NCBI GenBank assembly: GCA_965140705.1
Contig: OZ223300.1
Location: forward strand, 128,001 to 192,000
Direction: 5' to 3'
From: an uncultured Arcobacter sp.
Lineage (GTDB): Bacteria; Campylobacterota; Campylobacteria; Campylobacterales; Arcobacteraceae
Length of the DNA: 64,000 nucleotides
The notes beneath the pieces were generated by a model, which saw only the letters and a program-made list of their open reading frames with translations, was not told the DNA's origin and ran no database searches. Position 1 is the first letter of the stretch, and each line of letters opens with the position of its first letter. Position numbers and translations under genes: made by a program. Of the stretch, positions 18,523 through 27,073 are shown one piece after another.

Positions 18523-20679
18523 ATGTTTAAAAAGTTATTCTTAATATTTCTTATTGTCTCTTCTTTAAGTGCATCATCAAAGTATATATTATTATTACAT
18601 TCATATAATAAAGGCTTAGCTTGGTGTGAAAATATTTCTAAAGGTATTGATGATTCCTTAAAAGTACTTCCTGATTATGAACTCTCTACTGAATATTTAG
18701 ATGATAAAAGAAATAAAAATAAAAAGTATCACAAACTTATTAGAGAAGCTTTCATAGAAAAATTTAAAAATCAAAAATTTGATATTGTCATCGCAGCAGA
18801 TAATGCAGCTGTTCAATTTGTGTTAAAGCATAGAAATAAATTGTTTAAAAATGTTCCTTTAGTCTTTACTGGAATTGAAGAGATGAATCCTGGCATTGAT
18901 GTTAATGAAGTGTTAAAAGATAAAATTAGCTTAATAATGGAGCATAAACCTTTAAAAAGTGCCATTGAAGCAATCTTACAAATAATGCCTGATTTAAAAT
19001 ATTTATATGTTATAAATGATAAGACCTATACTTCTGAAATGATTAATAAGATAATAAAAGAAAAATTAGATAGTTTTAAAAATAAAATTGATTATAAATT
19101 ATATTTAGATGGAAATATTTCTCAAATTTATAAAGATTTTAAAACCCTTCCAAAAAATAGTGCAGTTTGGTTTGGAAATTTATATCTTGATGAAAATGAA
19201 AATTATATACCTTTTTTAAAAGTCAATAAACTTTTAAATAGTTCTCCTGTTCCTGTATTTTCTATGACTGATTATCACTTAGGAAAAGGAGTTATTGGGG
19301 GTCATTTATTGAGAGGTTATTATGTTGGTTATGAAGCTGGTAAAAGAGCTGTTGAGATTATGCAAGGTAAGAAGGTTGATTATACAAAACCAATATTGGC
19401 GCATACTGAATATGTTTATGATTATAAAGTTATGGAAAAATATGGCTTAAATACAAATTTAGTTCCTAAAGGTTCAATTTTTATAAATGAACCAGAAACA
19501 TTTTTTGAAGAATATAAAACTTGGATTCATAGAATATTTATAATTTCCCCTTTTATTCTATTTTTCTTACTTCTTGCACTTGTAAATATTTATAAAAGAG
19601 ATAAATTGTCAAAACAATTGATAGCTGAAAATAAAAGAGAACAAGTTCTTTTAAATAATGTAAAAAGTGCAGTGTTTTGGATTGATTCAAATGGATATAT
19701 TAGAGGTCACAATCGGTCTTTTTCAAAAATATTTTATAATGGGAAAGATGGAATTGGTCTCTATATTTGTGATGTTTTTAAACCATTTTGCACAGTAATA
19801 ACAAAAGAAAGAATATCTATTGAAGAAGATATTGAATTTGTTTATAATGATAATTCCTTTTTTGCAAGAAGTAAAATATATTATGATGAAAATGGTAAAA
19901 ACAGTGGTACAGTAACAATTATTACTGATATAACAGAAAAAAAACAGCTTGAAATCAATAAACAGTTTATAATCCAACAATCAAAACTAACAGAAGTTGG
20001 AGAAATGCTTTCCGCTATTGTGCATCAATGGAAAGTACCACTAATTGAACTCTCAGTAGTTGCTCATAAAATGCAGCGATATTACAAAAAAGGTAAATTA
20101 AGTAAAGAAAATATGGATGGATTCTTTGACACTATTATGAAACAAATTATTTATATGGGTGATACAATTGATGCATTTAGACAATTTATCAAACCATCTA
20201 ATAAACCAGTACTTTTTGATATTGATAAAGGAATTAAAGAAATAGAGACAATACTTGATAGTTCATTAAAATATAACAATATTCAACTTGAATATGTTAA
20301 TAATTTAGATAGTTCATATAGCCTTTTTGGATATCCAAATGAGTTTAAACAAGTTTTACTAAACATAATAAACAATGCAAAAGATTCAATTATATTATCA
20401 AGAGAGTTTAAAAAGAGTGGAAAAATCATGATTTTACTCTCTAGAAATGCTACTTATATTAATTTAAGTGTAATTGATGATGGTAAAGGATTTGATGCTG
20501 ATGCATTAAAACATCTTTTTGAAGCTTTTTATACTAATAAAAAAAATGGTGATGGCTTTGGTTTGTATATGGCAAAACTTATTATTGAAAATAAAATGCA
20601 TGGTGTAATAAATGCTTTCAATACAGAAAATGGTGCAAATATAGAGATATCATTACCTTTGAATATAGAGAGAGATTAG
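18523..20679 (+). CDS. Sensor histidine kinase (periplasmic binding domain, PAS)
   Basis: LLHSY N-terminus, IVHQWKVPL, NNAKDS, GDGFGL; start moved to MFKK behind AAGG. Confidence 0.88.
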   Translation: MFKKLFLIFLIVSSLSASSKYILLLHSYNKGLAWCENISKGIDDSLKVLPDYELSTEYLDDKRNKNKKYHKLIREAFIEKFKNQKFDIVIAADNAAVQFVLKHRNKLFKNVPLVFTGIEEMNPGIDVNEVLKDKISLIMEHKPLKSAIEAILQIMPDLKYLYVINDKTYTSEMINKIIKEKLDSFKNKIDYKLYLDGNISQIYKDFKTLPKNSAVWFGNLYLDENENYIPFLKVNKLLNSSPVPVFSMTDYHLGKGVIGGHLLRGYYVGYEAGKRAVEIMQGKKVDYTKPILAHTEYVYDYKVMEKYGLNTNLVPKGSIFINEPETFFEEYKTWIHRIFIISPFILFFLLLALVNIYKRDKLSKQLIAENKREQVLLNNVKSAVFWIDSNGYIRGHNRSFSKIFYNGKDGIGLYICDVFKPFCTVITKERISIEEDIEFVYNDNSFFARSKIYYDENGKNSGTVTIITDITEKKQLEINKQFIIQQSKLTEVGEMLSAIVHQWKVPLIELSVVAHKMQRYYKKGKLSKENMDGFFDTIMKQIIYMGDTIDAFRQFIKPSNKPVLFDIDKGIKEIETILDSSLKYNNIQLEYVNNLDSSYSLFGYPNEFKQVLLNIINNAKDSIILSREFKKSGKIMILLSRNATYINLSVIDDGKGFDADALKHLFEAFYTNKKNGDGFGLYMAKLIIENKMHGVINAFNTENGANIEISLPLNIERD

Positions 20680-21321
20680 ATGAAAGTTTTAGTATTAGAA
20701 GATAATGAAAGTTTATTAGAATTAATTACAGAAGAATTAAAAGATATTGGATATGAAGTATCAAGTTTTAATGATGGATTGGATGCCCTTGAGCATTGTA
20801 TAGATGGATTCGATTGTTTTATTTTAGATATAAATGTCCCAACTATAGATGGAATTTCATTGTTAAAAGAGATAAGAAATAGAGATAAAACAACTCCTGC
20901 AATAATTATAAGTGCAAACTTTGAATTGGAAAATGTAAAAAAAGCATATTCAAATGGATGTAATGATTTTTTAAAAAAACCATTTTATATGTATGAGTTA
21001 GAGACAAAAATAAAACAACTATGTCATCTTGGAGAAGAAAAAAAGCTATTGGCTAATTATACATATAATTTAAGTTCAGAAACATTATTTGATGAAAACA
21101 AAGAAGCGGTAAAACTTACAAGAAAAGAGAGACGTTTTATATCCCTTTTAATTAAACATGAAAATAAAATGACTCCTTTAGAGTATATAGAAGATTATGT
21201 TTGGGAAGGAGAAATGACAACTTCAGTTGGAATTAGATCTATGATTAAAAGATTAAGAGCAAAACTTCCAGAGGGGATGATCGTTTCACAACACTTTGGA
21301 TATGAAATAAAAACCTTTTAA
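20680..21321 (+). CDS. OmpR-family response regulator
   Basis: LVLED, ILDINVP, FLKKPF, C-terminal wHTH. Confidence 0.9.
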   Translation: MKVLVLEDNESLLELITEELKDIGYEVSSFNDGLDALEHCIDGFDCFILDINVPTIDGISLLKEIRNRDKTTPAIIISANFELENVKKAYSNGCNDFLKKPFYMYELETKIKQLCHLGEEKKLLANYTYNLSSETLFDENKEAVKLTRKERRFISLLIKHENKMTPLEYIEDYVWEGEMTTSVGIRSMIKRLRAKLPEGMIVSQHFGYEIKTF

Positions 21322-21400
21322 ATATTCTATAAAGATGAAAATCCAATCATTTTGCCACAAAATTTTTATATAATTTTTTGATTAAAAGAAAGGAGGATTC

Positions 21401-21607
21401 ATTTTTTCTCTTTTTGTTGCCTTTTTAGCTCATGGAAAATGGATAGCTTATTATGGGGAAAATGAAGAGAAACAAGCTTTAAATAGCAAATCATTAATTA
21501 TTAATGAGAGGTCAAAGGCAGATATGAAATCTGTACTAGTTGACTATAAAAATGGAACTTATGGTAGGGCTTTAAAAAGAATGGTAAAGTCTAATTTATA
21601 CCATTAA
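21401..21607 (+). pseudogene. Degenerate cytochrome c553 gene
   Basis: Open frame IFSLFVAFLAHGKWIAYYGENEEKQALNSKSLII...DYKNGTYGRALKRMVK with no start codon after AGGAGG; CxxCH position reads WIAYY. Confidence 0.65.
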
Positions 21608-21723
21608 GTAATGTGATTTTGAATTTATAGCTAATAAGATTGGTAAATAAATTTAAAATTTTGATGGTCTTTTGACTTAACAATATAAACAATAAAAAAA
21701 TCAAAATAAAATAAAATCAAATA

Positions 21724-21748
21724 AGCTGCAAGATGAGAGTCTTGTAGC
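21724..21748. terminator. Intrinsic terminator hairpin
   Basis: AGCTGCAAGA-TGAGAG-TCTTGTAGCT followed by a T-run. Confidence 0.65.
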
Positions 21749-21757
21749 TATTTTTTA

Positions 21758-22270
21758 TTAACCGTGGCAACCAACTCCTGTGTATGATTGATAAACTTTG
21801 TTTAATTCAATTCTTATTCTTTCCATATCAAAAGGTTTGGATAACTCTTCTGGCATATCAATGTGATATATAGCTCCATCTTTTCCAACTAAAAATAGGG
21901 CTTTTGTTAAGCAGTTTTCTAAAGTACCACTTACTATTTTTGTTCCATACATATTTCCATAATCTTCATTGATATCAAAAACAGGAAGTATTTTTTTAAA
22001 TGTATAGTCAAGGTCAATCTTTTTATCAAATATCAAATAAGTAAATATTTCAACTTTTGCATCATTCATAAACTCATCAAAAGCTATAATTTCTTCTTTA
22101 AAATCTTCAAAATTTGGAAATGATAAAAGAATCTGAATCATTCTATTTGGACTTGCTTTTTTTATAGTTAGCTCATTACCTTGTAAATCTACAGCTTCAA
22201 TATCTTCAGCCATATATCCCACATCTATAAATTCATCAATGAGTTCAAATTCTTCATTCTTGTATTTCAT
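21758..22270 (-). CDS. Tpx/redoxin-fold protein lacking the peroxidatic Cys motif
   Basis: DVGYMAED, YGNMYG, KALFLVGKDGAI; overlaps the nifA stop. Confidence 0.6.
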   Translation of the reverse strand: MKYKNEEFELIDEFIDVGYMAEDIEAVDLQGNELTIKKASPNRMIQILLSFPNFEDFKEEIIAFDEFMNDAKVEIFTYLIFDKKIDLDYTFKKILPVFDINEDYGNMYGTKIVSGTLENCLTKALFLVGKDGAIYHIDMPEELSKPFDMERIRIELNKVYQSYTGVGCHG

Positions 22271-23816
22271 TTGTTATTCCATATTTATTGATTTTATAAC
22301 CCATTTGTCTAAGTGTTATTCCTAGCTCTTTTGCAGCATTTGATTGGTTGAAATTATTTGCAATCAAAGCCTCTTTTATAGCCTCTTTTTCCATATCTTC
22401 TAAGCTTTTTTTATGGCTTGCTTGTTTTGAAGAAGCTATTGGTTTATCTTCTAATTTCCCTTTTTCTAGTGCAGGAAGAAGTAGTGACATATCAAAACTA
22501 TCTATGCCATTTTCATTACCCATTAAAACAATTCTTTCCATAGTATTTTCTAGTTCTCTAACATTTCCAGGCCAAGGATAAGCTGCCAATATATCCATAG
22601 CTTCATCTAATATTTTCACCTTTTTTTTATGGTTTTTAATGGCTCTCTCTAAAAAGAAATTAACAAGTTGTTTTATATCATCACCTCTTTCTCTAAGTGG
22701 TGGTAAATCAATTGGAATTACATTTAATCTATAATATAAATCTTCTCTAAATTTTCCCTCTTTTACCATTTGTTCTAAGTTTCTATTTGTAGCTGCAACT
22801 AGTCTAACATTTACTTTTATGGTTTTACTTCCACCTACTCTTTCAAACTCTCGCTCTTGTAGAACTCTTAGAAGTTTTACTTGTGCAGAAGATGAAATAT
22901 CTCCTATCTCATCCAAAAATAAAGTTCCCTTGTCTGCTAATTCAAATCTTCCTTTTCTAGTCTCTCTCGCATCTGTAAAAGCACCTTTCTCATGACCAAA
23001 AAGTTCACTTTCAAGTAAGGTATCAGTAATAGCTGCACAGTTCAATTTAATAAAAGGCTCATTTGCTCTTTTACTTCTTTTATGGATTGCAGCAGCAACT
23101 AGCTCTTTACCAGTTCCTGTCTCTCCTCTTACTAATACAGTAACCTCTGATTGGGCTATTCTTTGTATTACTTGAAAAACTTGTTCCATTTTTGGACTAT
23201 CCCCAATGATATCTCCAAAATTGTGAACCTTTGAGTCCCATTCCATTTTATAATATGATTTCAAATCTTCTAATCTTTCTTTTTCTTTTATGTTTAGTTG
23301 ATAAGAGTAGATAGTTTGTGCAAATATTGAACCAATAATTGTAAGTATTCTTACACAATCTTCAAATCCTATTTCCGTACTTTTAGTAAGAGCAGCACCC
23401 AAAACACCAACAGTTTCATTTTCAACAACTAAAGGAACAGCTACATATGAAAGATTTGAAAAATCTCTTTTCCCTGATTTGTTTAAAAATAGTGAATCAT
23501 TGTGAATATTTTCCACAACAACTGGTTCTTTAGATAAAGCTGCAACTCCAGTTGCTCCTTCACCTACTTTATAAACTGATAGTTTTTTTTGAATAGTTGA
23601 TAGTTCAACTGAAGCAAATACTGTAAGTAAATCATCTTCTAAAATATGAACTGTACAGTTTGTAAGATTTAGACTATTTTTCAAAATCTTTATTGATTTT
23701 TCAAGAGAAGTTTCCAAATCATAATGATTTGATATTACTGCTGAAATTTCATAAAGTGTTGTTAATTCTCTAAGTGTTAAACATGAGTTACAGGCTGTAT
23801 TATCAAATAATGACAT
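22254..23816 (-). CDS. nifA: sigma54-dependent nif activator (GAF-AAA+-HTH)
   Basis: GEGATG GAF, GETGTGKE, ESELFGHEKGAFTDA, WPGNVRELEN, TLRQMGYKI. Confidence 0.9.
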   Translation of the reverse strand: MSLFDNTACNSCLTLRELTTLYEISAVISNHYDLETSLEKSIKILKNSLNLTNCTVHILEDDLLTVFASVELSTIQKKLSVYKVGEGATGVAALSKEPVVVENIHNDSLFLNKSGKRDFSNLSYVAVPLVVENETVGVLGAALTKSTEIGFEDCVRILTIIGSIFAQTIYSYQLNIKEKERLEDLKSYYKMEWDSKVHNFGDIIGDSPKMEQVFQVIQRIAQSEVTVLVRGETGTGKELVAAAIHKRSKRANEPFIKLNCAAITDTLLESELFGHEKGAFTDARETRKGRFELADKGTLFLDEIGDISSSAQVKLLRVLQEREFERVGGSKTIKVNVRLVAATNRNLEQMVKEGKFREDLYYRLNVIPIDLPPLRERGDDIKQLVNFFLERAIKNHKKKVKILDEAMDILAAYPWPGNVRELENTMERIVLMGNENGIDSFDMSLLLPALEKGKLEDKPIASSKQASHKKSLEDMEKEAIKEALIANNFNQSNAAKELGITLRQMGYKINKYGITNEIQE

Positions 23817-23897
23817 GAAAAATCCTTTTTAATAATAGTATAACATACTGAATACAAATTCATAAATAATTTTGTATATTTTATATACAAACAGGTT

Positions 23898-24107
23898 TTA
23901 ACTGTTGAGTTTTTTACAAACTTCTTCTTTAGGTAAATTTTTTGGACCTGGTTGTATCCACCATGTTTCACCATTAGAAAGTTCACATTCTCCACCCCAA
24001 TTTTCTTCAGTATCAAACTCTACAGACTCTATAATCTCTTCCATATCTTTTTTTGCAAAATAGAAATATATTTTGCCCTCATTTTCTCTTAACATAACTT
24101 TTGCCAT
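23898..24107 (-). CDS. nifT: NifT/FixU
   Basis: KVMLR...YFAKKDMEE...WGG...L.NG..W. Confidence 0.85.
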   Translation of the reverse strand: MAKVMLRENEGKIYFYFAKKDMEEIIESVEFDTEENWGGECELSNGETWWIQPGPKNLPKEEVCKKLNS

Positions 24108-24121
24108 TTTCTTCTCCTTTT

Positions 24122-25771
24122 TTAATTTAATCTATTTATAAATAGATTTCTTATTTTTGTAAGTATTGAATTATCTTCAAATCTTAATCTAAAGTAACCT
24201 TTTTGAACCTCTTTTATTAAGATGTGTTTTTTTAAATTTTCATCTTCAAGTGGATAATCTTCTCTAAAATGAGCACCTCTACTCTCTTTTCTTTTTTGTG
24301 CTGAAAGTATTATAGCTTCTGATATTTCAAGGGCATTTCTTAATTCTAGTATGGAAATTAATTCAACATTATTAGTCTTTTCTTTATTTATACAATGAAG
24401 GGAATATGATTCTCTTCTTAGATATTTTACATAATCAAAGGCTTTAATCAAACTCTCTTCGGAACGTATAATTCCTACTTTTTCAAATAAAACTTTTCCT
24501 AAGGAGATTCTAATTGCATTGAAGTTTTTTGTAGTATCACCTTCAAAAATTTTATCTATATTTTGAATATCTCTTATGACTATATTATAATCAATTGGCA
24601 AATACTCTTTGTAGTGAGTATATTCATAAGCTTTTTTACCCACTAGTTCACCAAATATTGTTCCCTCTAAAAGAGAGTTTCCTCCAAGTCTATTTGCTCC
24701 ATGAACTCCATTTGAAGCCATTTCTCCACAGATAAAAAGTCCTTTTATTGAAGTTTCACCCATATTTGTATCAACTCCACCCATACTATAATGGGCTACA
24801 GGTTTTATTTTTAATAACTCTTTACTAATATCTATTCCCACTTGATTATATGCTGCATTAAATAGTGAGGGAAGTTTTTCTTGAATTTTTTCGTATCCTA
24901 AATGTCTTAAATCAATAAATACCTCTTTCCCCTTTTTTTGCTGTTCAAGTATTGCCTTTGCAATTTTATCTCTAGTTTCTAGTTCGTTAATAAATCTCTC
25001 ACCATCACTATTTATCAAGTATCCACCTTCCCCCCGTGCTGCTTCTGTTACAAGATAATTTGTTTTGGCTATTCCTGTTGGGTGAAATTGCATAAATTCC
25101 ATATCTTTTAAAACTAATCCCGCTCTTAAACAAACAGCTAATAAATCACCCGTATAATCTTGTGCATTGGTAGAGTTTCCTCTAAATATTCCAGCATATC
25201 CACCACCTGCAAGAACTACAGCTTTTGCTGGATATACTAAAACAGAAGTGTCAGATCTTCTTAGACAAACTACCCCAGAAATAGCGTTTTCATGGGTAGC
25301 TAGGTTTAATACATAAGTATTTACCAAAAAAGTTATACCTACTTCTTTTGCTTTTTTTATAAGTGCTTGAGTTATTGCAAACCCAGTTTTATCTCCCACA
25401 TAACAAGTTCTATTTGCTGAACCTCCACCAAAGGGTCTTTGTAAAATATTCCCCTTTTCATCTTTATCAAAATTTACTCCATATTTTTCAAGTTTTGAGA
25501 TTATATTAGAAGCATTTTTACACATATAACTTATGGCATTTATATCTGCTAGACCTTTTGATGATTTGAAAGTATCATCAATATGAGAATTTATTGCATA
25601 AGAATCTTTAGAATTTAAAACTGCATTTATTCCACCACTTGCCATGGCAGAATTTGATTTGAAGATATTTCCTTTTGTGATGAGAGCTACAGTATTATCA
25701 ACTTTTTTTGCTTCTATTGCTGCCATTAGTCCAGCGATACCACCGCCTACTACAACTACATCATAAATCAT
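24122..25771 (-). CDS. Stand-alone SdhA/FrdA/NadB-family flavoprotein
   Basis: GGGIAG, SNSAMASGG, QFHPT, EAARGEGG, HYSMGG, HGANRLGGNSL, ESRGAHFR. Confidence 0.8.
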   Translation of the reverse strand: MIYDVVVVGGGIAGLMAAIEAKKVDNTVALITKGNIFKSNSAMASGGINAVLNSKDSYAINSHIDDTFKSSKGLADINAISYMCKNASNIISKLEKYGVNFDKDEKGNILQRPFGGGSANRTCYVGDKTGFAITQALIKKAKEVGITFLVNTYVLNLATHENAISGVVCLRRSDTSVLVYPAKAVVLAGGGYAGIFRGNSTNAQDYTGDLLAVCLRAGLVLKDMEFMQFHPTGIAKTNYLVTEAARGEGGYLINSDGERFINELETRDKIAKAILEQQKKGKEVFIDLRHLGYEKIQEKLPSLFNAAYNQVGIDISKELLKIKPVAHYSMGGVDTNMGETSIKGLFICGEMASNGVHGANRLGGNSLLEGTIFGELVGKKAYEYTHYKEYLPIDYNIVIRDIQNIDKIFEGDTTKNFNAIRISLGKVLFEKVGIIRSEESLIKAFDYVKYLRRESYSLHCINKEKTNNVELISILELRNALEISEAIILSAQKRKESRGAHFREDYPLEDENLKKHILIKEVQKGYFRLRFEDNSILTKIRNLFINRLN

Positions 25772-25772
25772 A

Positions 25773-26882
25773 TTATACTCTATACATTAAGTCGTAGTGT
25801 GCTCTTGGAGTTGACTTTATTTGAGATATTTTTAGATTACTTTTTATATGAACAGGTACTTTTGAAGCAAAAAGTGAACTTATAATTCCAGGTGTTGAAC
25901 GTACAAATTGAAGCGCTAATTGAATATCATTTTCTAGAACCATTTTATTATCCAATAAGTAACCAGTTTCAGCTTTAAATGACTTTTTAAATAGATTCAT
26001 TTGAAGTAGTGAAGAACTACTTATAACACCAATTTTTAGTCTATGTGCTGCTTGTAAAAGTGTACATTCCTCACCTTTTACTGTTTGTGTTGGCATTGTA
26101 TATATGTTTGTTTTTGCAATATTAAAAGGAGTTTGAATATATTTAAAATGGTTATCTTCTCCTCCAACTTTAAGTGCAATTTCTACTAAATCTTCTAAGT
26201 TGATATGTTCACCTGTAGATTTATCACTAAATCCATTCCAAACAGCAACCCCATAGTATTTGATGAAGCCCATAGTTACCATTTTTTCAAATCTTCTAAA
26301 TATAGATTCAACTTTTTTTAGGAATTTTTTATATCCATTTTTTTGTATTTGGATTTCTGGATTATGTAAATAGTAAATATCAAATTTATCAATACCCATA
26401 TTTTCCAAAGATTTCTTACATGACCACTCTATAAAATCAGCACTTAAACAGTGTTGATCCAATTCTATATCTTCTTGTGTCGCTAGTTTTGTGTTGATGA
26501 TATTTTCTTCAATCCAAGTATATGGATTTTTTGGAAATGGATATTCTAATTGAATAAAACCACCCTTTGAACAAATAATTAGTTCTTCTCTTGTAACTAT
26601 TTTCTCTTCAAAAAGCTCTTTTAGTGCAATACCAATCTCTTTTTCACTTTGCCCATATCTATAATTACTTGCAGAATCTATTAGATTTATGCCATTTTTA
26701 ACAGCTTCTTTTACACCTTCAATATAATGAAAAACGTAATTCTCTTCTTTATAAGGCTCTTTATTAAAAGTACCAAGGCCAAGTTTTGAAAAAATGAGCT
26801 CATTGCTTTTTATATAAAATTCTTTGTAAGATGAAAATTTTTTTGCAAAATTGTAAGTTGCGTCAAAAGTTGCTTCTGTCAT
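25773..26882 (-). CDS. Aldo/keto reductase family protein
   Basis: LGLGT, GINLIDSASNY, SKGG, DIYYLHNP. Confidence 0.8.
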   Translation of the reverse strand: MTEATFDATYNFAKKFSSYKEFYIKSNELIFSKLGLGTFNKEPYKEENYVFHYIEGVKEAVKNGINLIDSASNYRYGQSEKEIGIALKELFEEKIVTREELIICSKGGFIQLEYPFPKNPYTWIEENIINTKLATQEDIELDQHCLSADFIEWSCKKSLENMGIDKFDIYYLHNPEIQIQKNGYKKFLKKVESIFRRFEKMVTMGFIKYYGVAVWNGFSDKSTGEHINLEDLVEIALKVGGEDNHFKYIQTPFNIAKTNIYTMPTQTVKGEECTLLQAAHRLKIGVISSSSLLQMNLFKKSFKAETGYLLDNKMVLENDIQLALQFVRSTPGIISSLFASKVPVHIKSNLKISQIKSTPRAHYDLMYRV

Positions 26883-26978
26883 ATATATTTTTCCTTTTCA
26901 ATTCCTTTTAAAAAAAAGAGTAAAACTGGGGGAGTCTTACTCTTTAAAATTTAACTACAAAAGGTTGACTAATATACA

Positions 26979-26994
26979 TGCAAGAAGTGTTCCT
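26979..26994 (-). promoter_or_regulatory. sigma54 promoter (AKR-flavoprotein-nifT operon)
   Basis: AGGAACACTTCTTGCA. Confidence 0.8.
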
Positions 26995-27073
26995 TTGATA
27001 TTGAGTAAATTATGTAATTAAATGGTTACTGAAATTTAGATATAATTAAGGTAATACATAAAAAAGAGATCAA

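Noticed and set aside
23777..24016. 79-aa ORF overlapping nifT and nifA
   Set aside because: Alternative frame over nifT and the nifA promoter; no supporting features.
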